In this document: positions 20,717 through 30,248 of the stretch, one piece after another
Position numbering within the stretch: the stretch's first letter is position 1
How the letters are laid out: each line of letters begins with the position of its first letter
Source of the DNA: an uncultured Chloroflexia bacterium
GTDB lineage: Bacteria; Chloroflexota; Limnocylindria; Limnocylindrales; CSP1-4
NCBI GenBank assembly: GCA_963757865.1
Contig: CAVWSU010000005.1
Coordinates: 192,254 to 256,253 of the forward strand
Reading direction: 5' to 3'
Length of the DNA: 64,000 nt
The notes under the pieces: generated by a model
What the model was told of the DNA's origin: nothing
Databases searched by the model: none
What the model saw: the letters and a program-made list of their open reading frames with translations, nothing else
Translations under genes and position numbers: made by a program

Positions 20717-21574
20717 ATGACCATTCGTGAGGGGATCGCCTGGTCCGCGGACCTGGGCGGAGGGACGCGCATCGCCCTGGTGCAGGCCGGCACGTTCCGG
20801 TCCGACGCGGGCACGCTGTTCGGGCCCGTGCCACGGTTCATGTGGCAGAAGCTCGTGGCCGACGAGATCGACGCGCACGGGGCACTGCTGCAGGCCCTGA
20901 ACTGCCTGCTGGTGGAGACGCCGGGCGGCCGCGTGCTCGTCGAGACCGGCATCGGCGAGCGCTCCGACGAGCGAACTCGGGAGCGGCGCGACATCCAGGG
21001 TCCTCCCGTCCTGCCTGCCCTGCGCACGGCGGGCTTCGATCCCGGGACGGTGGACGTCGTGGCGTTGAGCCACCTGCACTTCGACCACGCAGGTGGGTTG
21101 CTCGCGGCGGACGGCTCGGCGGCGTTCGGCCGGGCCAGGATCGCCGCCCAGCGCGTCGAGTGGGAGTTCGCCCTTGGCGACAACCCGCGCCTGCAGGCCA
21201 GCTACGACCAGGGCGAACTGCGCCTGGTCGAGGAGGCCGGATGGGCCGGGGCGGTCGACGGCGAGGCCGAGCTGCTGCCGGGCGTGACGGCGATCCGCAC
21301 CGGAGGACACTCGGGGGGCCACCAGGGCGTGGTCGTGCGCGGGCGGGATCGCACCGTGGCGTTCTTCGGGGACCTGTGCATGCGCCCCTGGAGCGCGAAC
21401 CCGCGGTGGGTGACCGCGTTCGACGATTTCCCGCTCACGAGCGTCGAGGTCAAGGCCGGCCTGTTCCGACGGGCCGTCGAGGAATCCTGGACCGTGGTGC
21501 TGTCGCACGAGGCCGAGACGCCGGTCGGGCGGATGGTCGCGGATCGCGACCGGTACCGGTTCGAGCCGCTGTAG
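20717..21574 (+). CDS. MBL-fold metallo-hydrolase
   Basis: [14 protein letters not shown] and [10 protein letters not shown] metal-binding motifs. Confidence 0.75.
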   Translation: MTIREGIAWSADLGGGTRIALVQAGTFRSDAGTLFGPVPRFMWQKLVADEIDAHGALLQALNCLLVETPGGRVLVETGIGERSDERTRERRDIQGPPVLPALRTAGFDPGTVDVVALSHLHFDHAGGLLAADGSAAFGRARIAAQRVEWEFALGDNPRLQASYDQGELRLVEEAGWAGAVDGEAELLPGVTAIRTGGHSGGHQGVVVRGRDRTVAFFGDLCMRPWSANPRWVTAFDDFPLTSVEVKAGLFRRAVEESWTVVLSHEAETPVGRMVADRDRYRFEPL

Positions 21575-21591
21575 CGCCTGACGGCGCGAGA

Positions 21592-22383
21592 TCAGGGCGC
21601 GGCGCTTGCCGCCGAACTCGCTTCTGCTGCGGCCGCGCTCGACGCGGCGCCGCCGGCGCCGGAGCTCCCGCCCGTTCCGAGCAATGGCGCCAGCATCTGC
21701 TCCGCCTGGGACAGCGACAGCGGCCCGTTCCAGACCTGCCGGACGAGGCCCTGCCGGTCGACGAAGACCTGCGTCGGCAGCCCGTACACGTGGTACGCCT
21801 GGTACACGGCCGACGTGGCGTCGAACCCGATCGTGTACTGCAGGCCGTACGTCTTCGCGTACGCGCGCACGTCGGCGACCGACGACTCCTGCACGCTGAC
21901 CGCGATCACCACCAGCCCCTGCGCTCGGTGGGTCTCGTAGATCTCCTCGATCGTCGGCGTCTCCGACTGGCACGGAGGGCACCACGACGCGAAGAAGTTG
22001 ATCCAGACGGGATGGCCGATGAAGCTCGAGAGGACGATCGGGCGGCCCTGCAGGTCGTCGAGCTGCACCGGCTTGCCGTTGGCGACACCTACGAGCTCGG
22101 GAGCGCGATCGCCTGGCTGGAGCCCCTGCTGCGCCGGCGCGAACGCCACGAACGACGACCCGGGCGTGGGCGCGGGCGGAGCGGCCGATCCGAGCGGCGT
22201 GGTCAGCGCCTTGAGGCCGACCGCCACGAGGATCACCGCGAGCACCGCGGCCACGAGCTGCCGGCCGCTGAACGGGCCGACGACACCGCGTCGGACCTCC
22301 GGCGTCACCACGTCACCGGCGCGAGGAGTCCCGGGAGTGGCATCCGGTGGCTCGGGCGGAACGAGTCGGTCGCCGTCAGACAC
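21592..22383 (-). CDS. membrane-anchored TlpA/ResA-like thiol:disulfide oxidoreductase
   Basis: TM helix followed by a thioredoxin fold with FFASWCPPCQSE. Confidence 0.75.
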   Translation of the reverse strand: MSDGDRLVPPEPPDATPGTPRAGDVVTPEVRRGVVGPFSGRQLVAAVLAVILVAVGLKALTTPLGSAAPPAPTPGSSFVAFAPAQQGLQPGDRAPELVGVANGKPVQLDDLQGRPIVLSSFIGHPVWINFFASWCPPCQSETPTIEEIYETHRAQGLVVIAVSVQESSVADVRAYAKTYGLQYTIGFDATSAVYQAYHVYGLPTQVFVDRQGLVRQVWNGPLSLSQAEQMLAPLLGTGGSSGAGGAASSAAAAEASSAASAAP

Positions 22384-23182
22384 GGGGCGTCAGGTAGCTG
22401 AAGCGGGCAGAGAACCAGCCGAGCCAGTCGAAGATCAGGCTGAGCCCGACCAGCATCACGAGGGCGCCCCCGGTCAGCTCGATCGTCCGGGCGTGGCTCC
22501 GGAGGGCACCGACGAACCCGGGAACGCGGTCGAACGCGAGAGCGAGCACGATGAAGGGGATGCCCAGGCCCGCGGAGTACGCCGCGAACAGCAGCCCGGC
22601 CTGCAGGCTCGGTCCGAGCGCGGCCAGCCCAAGGATGGCGCCGAGCGTCGGTCCGATGCACGGCGTCCAGCCCAGGGCGAAGATGGCCCCGAGCCCGAAC
22701 GCGCCGAGCGGCGTGTGACGCACGCCGAGCGGTGCAGGTCCGGACGGCTCGAGTGGCCGCCACGTCCGCGCCAGCAGCCCGACCGGCAACAGCCCGGCCA
22801 GGTTCAGCCCGAGGAAGATCAGCACCACGCCGCCGGCCTGGCGGAGCAGGGGGAGGTTGGGCGCCAGGATCCCGCCCGCGTACGTCGCGGTGACGCCCAG
22901 GACCGTGAAGACGGCACCGAACCCCACCACGAACCCGAAGGCGTGGGCCAGCACGAGCCAGCGCGGGCCGGTGCCACGCGTCCAGGTCACGATTCCGGGG
23001 CCCGAGACCGTGCTGCGCAATCCGCGGGCGGCCGTCCCGCCCGCCAGCGCCACCGACCCGGCGGCGCTCACGCTCACGGCGCCGAGCTGGCCGAGGTAGG
23101 CGGGCACGACCGGCAGCACGCACGGCGAGAGGAAGCTCAGGAGCCCCGCCACGATGGCCGCGGCAAGCGTCAGCTCGGGCAT
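22376..23182 (-). CDS. ccdA: cytochrome c biogenesis protein CcdA (DsbD-family transmembrane electron transporter)
   Basis: LSFLSPCVLPVVPAYL and a second Cys in GWTPCIGPTLG. Multiple TM helices. Start taken at MPELTL. Confidence 0.8.
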   Translation of the reverse strand: MPELTLAAAIVAGLLSFLSPCVLPVVPAYLGQLGAVSVSAAGSVALAGGTAARGLRSTVSGPGIVTWTRGTGPRWLVLAHAFGFVVGFGAVFTVLGVTATYAGGILAPNLPLLRQAGGVVLIFLGLNLAGLLPVGLLARTWRPLEPSGPAPLGVRHTPLGAFGLGAIFALGWTPCIGPTLGAILGLAALGPSLQAGLLFAAYSAGLGIPFIVLALAFDRVPGFVGALRSHARTIELTGGALVMLVGLSLIFDWLGWFSARFSYLTPRV

Positions 23183-23297
23183 CCGCCGCCCTGGCAGATC
23201 CGGGGTCCGGCAGGCGCCCACCCGGGACGACCGCTGGCAACCGTCTGCCCGGCCCACTGGCCGCGGACGTCCGCCGCGCGACGCCGGTGCGACGCCA

Positions 23298-23588
23298 TCA
23301 CGCCGGGACTCCGTCGAGGACCCTCGTGAGGAACCGGCGGATCGCGTCCGGCCGGATCGCCAGGGGCAGCTCGTCCGATCCGCACTGCACTACCGGAATT
23401 GTCTCGAAATGGCGCGCGTGGAGGACCGGATCGGCGTCGATGTCCACTTCGACGACGCGGGGTACGGATCGTCCGGAGGCTGCGCGCTCCGAGATCAGCG
23501 CCGCGATCTCCTCGCGGGCGTCGTCGCAGAGGTGGCATCCCGGGCGCGTCAGGAAGGTGATGGTCGGGGGAGGGGAGGCGTCGGCCAC
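23298..23588 (-). CDS. glutaredoxin-like (DUF836-type) protein
   Basis: 96 aa. TFLTRPGCHLCDDA CxxC motif in a thioredoxin-fold context. Confidence 0.6.
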   Translation of the reverse strand: MADASPPPTITFLTRPGCHLCDDAREEIAALISERAASGRSVPRVVEVDIDADPVLHARHFETIPVVQCGSDELPLAIRPDAIRRFLTRVLDGVPA

Positions 23589-23715
23589 GCCGCCATTCTA
23601 TGGCAGCCTCCCCTCGGGACCTGCGAGCGGCAGGTTCCGCCGGACCGTCGAGACCCCGCTGATCGGCCGACCGTCGCCGGACGGGAGCCGCGGGCGCCGT
23701 ACAATCTCCCGGCAC

Positions 23716-23788
23716 GCCCCCGTAGCTCAGTGGATAGAGCGAGGCCGTCCTAAGGCCTGCGTCGGCGGTTCGAGTCCGTCCGGGGGCG
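23716..23788 (+). tRNA. tRNA-Arg (anticodon CCT)
   Basis: Cloverleaf folded by hand. Acceptor gcccccg/cgggggc, D arm gctc..gagc, anticodon arm aggcc-gtCCTaa-ggcct, T arm ggcgg-ttcgagt-ccgtc. CCA is not encoded. Confidence 0.9.
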
Positions 23789-23789
23789 C

Positions 23790-23972
23790 TTGAAGCAAAG
23801 TCTCGCGCGTGCCGAAGAGGAAGAACGGGCGCGCCGTCGGCACGAGCTCGACGGTATACGTGCCGTCACCGGCGATCTTGACTCGCTCCACGAGGAGCCT
23901 GATCAGCTCCTTGAGCTGCTCCGGCGTTGCAGTGTCGATGCTCGGGATCGTCTGGATGTGCGGCTGCGTTGG
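23790..23972 (-). pseudogene. C-terminal remnant of a recombinase/integrase-like gene
   Basis: Only about 60 aa look protein-like (TPEQLKELIRLLVERVKIAGDGTYTVELVP), resembling recombinase C-termini. No N-terminal catalytic part. Abuts the tRNA-Arg 3' end. Confidence 0.3.
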
Positions 23973-24011
23973 GCGACGCGACGTGCCGCGCGAGTGTGAT
24001 ACTGTGAAACT

Positions 24012-24251
24012 GTGAAGAACATCACCGTTTCCGTGCCCGATGACGTCTACCGAGCCGCCAGGATCCGGGCGGCGGAGCGCGGCAGCTCCGTCAGCGCCAT
24101 CGTCGCGGACTACCTTCGCTCGTTGGCCAGCGAGAACGCCACGTTCGCCAGGCTCGAGACTCAGCAGCATGCGATCCAGCGGGAGATCGGCCGATTCCGC
24201 GCCGGCGATCGCCTGGAGCGCGACGAGGTGCACGCCCGTGCGGTTCGTTGA
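24012..24251 (+). CDS. vapB: type II antitoxin (VapB-like)
   Basis: 79 aa. MKNITVSVPDDVYRAARIRAAERGSSVSAIVADYL is RHH-like. Overlaps the downstream PIN gene by 14 nt. Confidence 0.6.
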   Translation: MKNITVSVPDDVYRAARIRAAERGSSVSAIVADYLRSLASENATFARLETQQHAIQREIGRFRAGDRLERDEVHARAVR

Positions 24252-24648
24252 CACGAACGTCCTGCTCTACTCGATCTCGACGGTGGAGTCCGAGGCGGAG
24301 AAGGAGCGGCGGGCGAACACGATCCTGGACGAAGGCGACATCGGTCTCTCGGTCCAGGTGCTCCAGGAGTTCTACGTGCAGGCGACACGCCGGAGTCGGG
24401 CGGACGCCATCACTCACGAGCAGGCCGTCGGGCTCATCGAGTCGTGGTGCCGCTTCCCCGTCCAGGACACCACGGTCGGGGTGATGACGGCCGCGCTGGC
24501 CATGCGACGCCGCTTCGGTGTCTCCTACTGGGATGCCGCCGTGATCGAGGCGGGGCGAGCACTCGGCTGCTCGGTGGTCCTGTCGGAGGATCTCAGCCCG
24601 GATACGGACTACGACGGTGTCCGCGTGGAGAACCCGTTCGCCGACTGA
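24238..24648 (+). CDS. vapC: PIN-domain toxin VapC
   Basis: VRFVDTNVLLY.., QVLQEFY, SYWDAAVIEAG, LSEDL acidic PIN residues. Confidence 0.8.
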   Translation: MRFVDTNVLLYSISTVESEAEKERRANTILDEGDIGLSVQVLQEFYVQATRRSRADAITHEQAVGLIESWCRFPVQDTTVGVMTAALAMRRRFGVSYWDAAVIEAGRALGCSVVLSEDLSPDTDYDGVRVENPFAD

Positions 24649-24928
24649 TCCACCGCGGAACACGCGGGACGTCGCGCGGACCGGGCTGGTTCTCGATCCC
24701 ACGGCCTGAGCCGCTTGGGCAGCCGAGGTCGCCACAATCCACCAGTCAGGCCACCGCTCAAGCTGACGCGTACCAGCGGGACGGCGGCCCGAGATGGGCA
24801 GCACGTGGCGCTCGCCTCGCGATCAGTGACTCGAAACAGGGGTGGCCGAAGCGTCCCCGGTCCGTGCTGACTCTCGCCCGGGCGAACCAGGGACGCCTCC
24901 CGAAGACGACATGCCGGTCAGCCGCGTG

Positions 24929-25246
24929 TCACGCCGGGACGGACGCCAGCTCGCCGACGACGAAGCCCAGGCGACCGGTCCGGTCTTCGACGAGGTGCCC
25001 GAGGTCCGCGATGTTGGCCGCCGTCCAGGTCCGGGCTGCCGCCATCGCCGTTTCGGCGGCCTCGGCCGAGCTCCAGATGCTGATCGAGCAGTTGGTCCCG
25101 TCTCCGAGGTCGGCGAAGGTGTAGGCCACGAAGCCCGGCGTGGCGCGGAACACGTCGGCGAGCCCTCCGGGGTCCTGGAGCATCCGGGACAGCTTCTCGA
25201 AGGTGCCGGCGGTCTGCTTGTAGGTTGCGATCCGAACGTGCTGCAT
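24929..25246 (-). CDS. small ABM/Dabb-fold-like hypothetical protein
   Basis: 105 aa with normal composition (MQHVRIATYKQTAGTFEKL...ISIWSSAEAAE). Family call is tentative. Confidence 0.4.
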   Translation of the reverse strand: MQHVRIATYKQTAGTFEKLSRMLQDPGGLADVFRATPGFVAYTFADLGDGTNCSISIWSSAEAAETAMAAARTWTAANIADLGHLVEDRTGRLGFVVGELASVPA

Positions 25247-25416
25247 CCTGTGCTCCTTGTGCTGCCCCGCGGCGGTGCGGCGGGATCGGAGACACCGTAG
25301 GACCCGCGCACGGGGGCGCGGAATGACCCGCGAGGTGAGAGTTCACCTTGCCGTGGGGTAAGGTTCGGCCGAGGAGGGCCCGGGAGGTGGATGGTCCTGG
25401 TTCGCAGGCGAGGGTG

Positions 25417-27120
25417 ATGCCGGAGCTGACCCGCCGCGAGCGCGACGTGCTGACCGCGCTGTGCGGCCCGCTCGCGTCGGACCGGCCCGTCGCGATGCCG
25501 GCTTCGATCCGCGAGATCGCGGCCGAACTCGTCGTGACGGAGGCCGCCGTCAAGCAGCATCTGCTGAACCTGTACGACAAGTTCGACGTGGCTGAGGGCA
25601 CGGAGAGCCGGCGGATCGCGCTGGCACGGGAGGCCGTGCTGCGCGGCTTCCTCCCCGGGGCCGGCGCGCCCGCGATGGTCCCGAGCCCGCTCGACATGGG
25701 CCGTGCCGCGGCCGCGCGACGTGCGTGGGAGGACGCCTATGCCGCCCTCTCAAAGGCGAGTTCCGCCGAGTCCCTCGATGTCGGCGACCTCGAGTTGCTC
25801 GGCGACGCCGCGACGTGGACGGGGCGGTTCGACGCCTCGACTGCGGCCCGAGAGCAGGCGTACGCGGCGTATCTGTCGCTCGGCGACCGGCGGTCGGCGG
25901 CACGTGTCGCGCTGGGGCTCGGGTGGAATGCCGCCGTGACGCTCCGGTTCTCGGTGGTCGCAGGCTGGATGGCGTCGGCGGGGCGCCTGCTGGCTGCCGA
26001 CGAGGCCGGGAGCGAGGCGTCCGTGTGGCCGGAGCACGGGCTGATGCTGTCGCTGATGGCGCTCGGTGAGCTCGGGTCGGGCCAGGTCGACGCCGGCCTC
26101 GAGCATGCGCGCGCGGCGTTCGACATCGGTCGGCGGACCGGCGACCCCGACATCCAGGCGCTGGGCCTCGTCTTCCAGGGCTTCGGGCTCGTCCACCAGG
26201 GACGGCTCGATGACGGGCGCGCCCTCCTCGACGAGGCGATGGCGAGCGCGACGGCCGGCCACCTCGGGACCCTTGCCCAGGGGATGGTCTACTGCCGAAC
26301 GCTGAGCGCGTGTCTCGACACGTTCGACTACCGACGGGCCATCGAGTGGACCGAGGAGATCGATCGGCATGCGCCGGCGCTCGGCACCGCGGGGTTCCCC
26401 GGAGACTGCCGGACGCACCGGGCTGCCGTGCTCGTCGTGCGCGGTGACTGGCAGCGCGGCGCCGAGGAGGCGGAAGCCGCCGCGGCGGAGTCGCGCGCCT
26501 ACGACCTCGGCCACACGGTCCAGGCGCTCACCGCGCTCGGCGAGATCCGTCTGCGACAGGGTGACCTCGCCGCGGCGCGCGACGCGTTCGATCGCGCGGC
26601 CGAGTTCGGCCTGCCGCCGGGTCCGGGCCACGCGCTGGTGCTCCGCGCGGAGGGCGATGCCCCTGCCGCTCTCGTCGCCATCACCAACGCCCTGGGCGGG
26701 GCCGGGGACGACCCGTTGACCCGGGCCCGCTACCTTCCAGCCGCCATCGAGATCGCGCTCGCCGCGGGCGACCGGGATCGGGCGCGCAGGTTGTGCGCCG
26801 ACCTCGCGGACATCGCCGCGGCGTTTCCCGGTCCAGTGCTCGCGGCGACGGTGGCCGCGTGCGAGGGCGGCGTCTCCCTGGCCGACGGAGACGCCACGGG
26901 AGCGATCGGGCTCGTCCGTGATGCGGCGCTGCGGTGGCGTTCGGTCGGGGCTCCGTACGAGTCGGCGCGCTGCCGGATGCAGGTGGCGAGCGCGGCCGCA
27001 GCCCTCGGTGACCGCGGCGAGGCTGCTCGCGAGGCTCGGGCCGCGCTCGCGTCGTTCTCGGAGCTCGGCGCGCAGCGCGACATGGAGGCGGCCGCGGCCT
27101 TCCTCGATCATCTCGACTGA
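25417..27120 (+). CDS. LuxR/GerE-type HTH regulator with a long TPR-like C-terminal domain
   Basis: LTRRERDVLTAL...IREIAAELVVTEAAVKQHLLNLYDKFDV at the N-terminus. The rest is a helical-repeat region of about 480 aa. Confidence 0.65.
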   Translation: MPELTRRERDVLTALCGPLASDRPVAMPASIREIAAELVVTEAAVKQHLLNLYDKFDVAEGTESRRIALAREAVLRGFLPGAGAPAMVPSPLDMGRAAAARRAWEDAYAALSKASSAESLDVGDLELLGDAATWTGRFDASTAAREQAYAAYLSLGDRRSAARVALGLGWNAAVTLRFSVVAGWMASAGRLLAADEAGSEASVWPEHGLMLSLMALGELGSGQVDAGLEHARAAFDIGRRTGDPDIQALGLVFQGFGLVHQGRLDDGRALLDEAMASATAGHLGTLAQGMVYCRTLSACLDTFDYRRAIEWTEEIDRHAPALGTAGFPGDCRTHRAAVLVVRGDWQRGAEEAEAAAAESRAYDLGHTVQALTALGEIRLRQGDLAAARDAFDRAAEFGLPPGPGHALVLRAEGDAPAALVAITNALGGAGDDPLTRARYLPAAIEIALAAGDRDRARRLCADLADIAAAFPGPVLAATVAACEGGVSLADGDATGAIGLVRDAALRWRSVGAPYESARCRMQVASAAAALGDRGEAAREARAALASFSELGAQRDMEAAAAFLDHLD

Positions 27121-27235
27121 CCGGCGACCTGAGGACGCACGCGCGAGGCATCCGCTTACCACGCGAGGCCGTCAGCCACTTTTCCTCGTGTGGCCCGGCG
27201 TCCGTCCCGGGCGCTTTCCCACACCCCGATGGACA

Positions 27236-27910
27236 ATGCCCGGCATGAGCACGAGGCACGACGCGTGGACCCGACTGCTGCTCGCCGGAGGCGCGATCGG
27301 TGGTCCGCTCTTCATCGCCGTGTTCACGGTCGAGGGGGCGCGGCGCGAGGGCTACGACCCGCTGCGTGAGCCGGTCAGTGCCCTGGCGCTGGGAGAGCGG
27401 GGCTGGGTGCAGCGGACGAACTTCCTCGCCACCGGGATCTTGATGCTGGCCTGTTCGCGCGGGCTTGGACGCTTGCCGGCAGACCATCCGGCCGCCTCGC
27501 GCTGGGGAGCACGCCTCGTGGGGCTGTATGCCATCGGACTCGTCGGGGCCGGCGTGTTCGTGACGGATCCGGTCGAATACGGCGCTCCCGAACCCGGAAC
27601 CGCGATGGAGCCGAGCCGGCGGGGCATGCTCCACGAGCTGTTCTCGCTGCAGGTCTTCGCCGCCCTGGGGATGGCTGCGCTGACGTACGCCTCACGCTTC
27701 GCCAGGACTCGGAAGCCAGCATGGGCGGTCATGTCGGCGCTCACCGGAGTCCTTGTCCCGGGCGGTCTCGTGGTGTTCGGCAAGGCGCTGTCGCAGGGCG
27801 GCGGACTCCGCCCCGTTGCGGGACTCATCCAGCGACTGACCATCTGCGCCGGGTGGAGCTGGATCAGCGCCCTCGCGCTGGCGGCGCGACGGATGGAGCC
27901 AGGAGCTTGA
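27236..27910 (+). CDS. DUF998-like integral membrane protein
   Basis: About 6 TM helices. Pattern recognition only. Confidence 0.5.
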   Translation: MPGMSTRHDAWTRLLLAGGAIGGPLFIAVFTVEGARREGYDPLREPVSALALGERGWVQRTNFLATGILMLACSRGLGRLPADHPAASRWGARLVGLYAIGLVGAGVFVTDPVEYGAPEPGTAMEPSRRGMLHELFSLQVFAALGMAALTYASRFARTRKPAWAVMSALTGVLVPGGLVVFGKALSQGGGLRPVAGLIQRLTICAGWSWISALALAARRMEPGA

Positions 27911-28052
27911 CGTGCCTGGTCGCTGAGCGCCCGGGCGGTCGGCGATGGGGTTGTCGTAGGCTCGCCGATAAATCCCCGGCCCACGCGGAGTCTTGCCATC
28001 GACGCGCGCTCACAGGGAGCGATGCCCAAGTGGCTGATGGGGGGAGAGGCTG

Positions 28053-28436
28053 ATGAATTCACCTGAGGCCGCGGTCAGCGCCTATTTCACGGCGCTGAAC
28101 GCCGCGGATCTCGACGGCATCGTGGCCGTGTTCGCCGACGACGGATCCGTCATGGCCGACGAGTTCCCCAGCGCGACGGGCCAGGAGCAACTGCGCCGCC
28201 TGTTCACCGGGATCTTCAAGGCGCGCAGCTTCGGGCGCGAGCTCCACATCGACCGCATCATCGAAGAGGGCGACCTGGCGGCCGTGCAGACGCACACCAC
28301 GGGGACGCTGACGATCCTCGAGACGAACACGACGATCCAGGGTCTCAGCCGCGAGCTGTGGGTCCTCCGTAAGGCCGATTCCGGGTGGCGGATCGTGGAC
28401 TACATGTTCAACCGATCCGGGCGTGCGGGGTCATAA
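28053..28436 (+). CDS. SnoaL/NTF2-like fold protein
   Basis: 127 aa. AVSAYFTALNAADLDGIVAVFADDG ... WVLRKADSGWRIVDYMFN. Confidence 0.6.
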   Translation: MNSPEAAVSAYFTALNAADLDGIVAVFADDGSVMADEFPSATGQEQLRRLFTGIFKARSFGRELHIDRIIEEGDLAAVQTHTTGTLTILETNTTIQGLSRELWVLRKADSGWRIVDYMFNRSGRAGS

Positions 28437-28512
28437 GGGCTCGAGTGAATCGGGCGCCTTGCCCGCAGTTCGACTGGCGCCCCGATGTCGCAGCCCGATT
28501 ACACTCGCCGCC

Positions 28513-29454
28513 ATGTCCGCCGGTCAGACGGGGCCCGCCGCCGTCGAACTCCGCAGCGTGTCGCGGAGCTTCGGCGCGGTCCGTGCCGTCGACGGCATCG
28601 ACCTGCGCCTCGAGCTCGGCGAGATCGCCGCGCTCCTGGGGCCGAACGGCGCCGGCAAGACGACGACCATCGACATGATCCTCGGGCTCGGACGGCCGGA
28701 TCGTGGGTCCGTCAGCGTGCTCGGCATGTCGCCGGCCGCGGCGGTCTCGCGCGGCCTCGTCGGGGCAGTCCTGCAGACGGGCGGGCTCCTCAAGGACCTG
28801 ACCGTTCGGGAGACGGTTCGCCTCACGGCGTCGTTGTACGCCGAATCGCGGCCGGTCGACGAGGTGCTCGAGCGGGCAGGGATCACCCATCTCGGGGGAC
28901 GGCTCGTGGGGAGCTGCTCGGGCGGCGAGCAGCAACGACTTCGATTTGCCCTTGCACTGCTGCCCGATCCGGCCCTCATGGCCCTCGACGAGCCCACCGC
29001 GGGCATGGACGTCGAAGGCCGGCGCGAGTTCTGGTCTGCCATCCGGCGCGACGCCGAGCGCGGTCGAACGGTGCTCTTCGCGACCCACTATCTCGAGGAG
29101 GCCGACGCCTACGCCGATCGGATCATCCTGCTGCGTCAGGGCCGGATCGTCGCGGACGGCACGGCCGCGGAGGTCAGGAGCCTCTCTGCCGGTCGATCGG
29201 TCAGTGCGGTCTGGCCCGGGTCGGACAGGGCGACGCTGGGGAGCCTGCCGGGCGTCCGCTCGGTCGACGTGCGCGGTGACCGGGTGATCATCCAGACGAT
29301 GGATTCGGACGCCGTCGCACGCTTCCTGTTGACGTCGACGCCTGCCCGCGACGTCGAGATCGCCACGCACCATCTCGAGGACGCCTTCCTGGCCCTGACG
29401 GGCGACGACGGTGCGCCTGCCGGGCAGGCCGTCCCGGAGGCGCGGGTCGCGTGA
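28513..29454 (+). CDS. ABC transporter ATP-binding protein (ABC-2/DrrA-like)
   Basis: Walker A GPNGAGKTTT, signature SGGEQQRL, Walker B LMALDEPTAGMD. Confidence 0.9.
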   Translation: MSAGQTGPAAVELRSVSRSFGAVRAVDGIDLRLELGEIAALLGPNGAGKTTTIDMILGLGRPDRGSVSVLGMSPAAAVSRGLVGAVLQTGGLLKDLTVRETVRLTASLYAESRPVDEVLERAGITHLGGRLVGSCSGGEQQRLRFALALLPDPALMALDEPTAGMDVEGRREFWSAIRRDAERGRTVLFATHYLEEADAYADRIILLRQGRIVADGTAAEVRSLSAGRSVSAVWPGSDRATLGSLPGVRSVDVRGDRVIIQTMDSDAVARFLLTSTPARDVEIATHHLEDAFLALTGDDGAPAGQAVPEARVA

Positions 29455-30248
29455 GCGCACAGGTTTCGGGGGAGGCCCGCTCCCTTGAAGCGCGGCAGGC
29501 GCCGCCCCTGGGCGGGTTCAACCTCACGCTCCTGGCGATCGAGATCAGGCGCCTGCTGCGAAATCGCCGGACCGTGGTCGTCACGCTGGTCTTTCCGGTC
29601 GTGCTGTTCCTGCTGTTCCGCTCGAACAAGCGGGCAGTGGCGCTCACCGGTGGCGAACTGACCGCGGCCACCACGATGATCGGTGTCGCGGTGTACGGCG
29701 CGATGCTGGCGGCCACCTCCGGCGGTGCGATGGTCTCGATCGAGCGCGCGCTCGGCTGGAGCCGGCAGCTCCGGGTGACGCCACTCCGCCCTGCGGCCTA
29801 CGTCAGCGTCAAGATCGCGACGGCGATGCTGCTTGGCTTCGTCTCCGTGACGGTGATCTACGGCGCCGGAGCGATCGACGGCGTGGTCATGAGCCCATCG
29901 ACGTGGGTCGCGACGGGGATCCTCGCATGGGCCGCCTCGGTCATCTTCGCCGCGCTCGGGCTGTTCATGGGCTACCTGCTGCCGGCGGAGAACGTCATGC
30001 AGGTCATGGGCTTCGTGCTTGCCATGCTTGCCGTGCTCGGCGGCCTCTTCTGGCCCGTGAATTCACTGCCGTCGGCGATGCAGACGATCGCCCCCTACAT
30101 GCCGACCTGGGGCGTCGCCGCGATCGCGCGGTTCCCGTTGGTCGGCGGAGCCTTCGATCCGACCTGGATCGTGAGCATGATCGGCTGGACGGTCGTGTTT
30201 GCAGGCGGAGCCACGCTGCTCTTCCGGCGAGACACCCGCCGCGTCTAG
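29451..30248 (+). CDS. ABC-2 type transporter permease
   Basis: 265 aa with 6 TM helices. The start overlaps the ATPase stop. Confidence 0.7.
   Translation: MSAQVSGEARSLEARQAPPLGGFNLTLLAIEIRRLLRNRRTVVVTLVFPVVLFLLFRSNKRAVALTGGELTAATTMIGVAVYGAMLAATSGGAMVSIERALGWSRQLRVTPLRPAAYVSVKIATAMLLGFVSVTVIYGAGAIDGVVMSPSTWVATGILAWAASVIFAALGLFMGYLLPAENVMQVMGFVLAMLAVLGGLFWPVNSLPSAMQTIAPYMPTWGVAAIARFPLVGGAFDPTWIVSMIGWTVVFAGGATLLFRRDTRRV

Noticed and set aside
23727-23789. Tail of minus-strand ORF 23727..24254 (..APPDGLEPPTQALGRPRSIH), and its N-terminal half.
   Set aside because: The tail is simply the antisense of tRNA-Arg. The N-terminal half is antisense to vapB. Only the middle 60 codons look protein-like.
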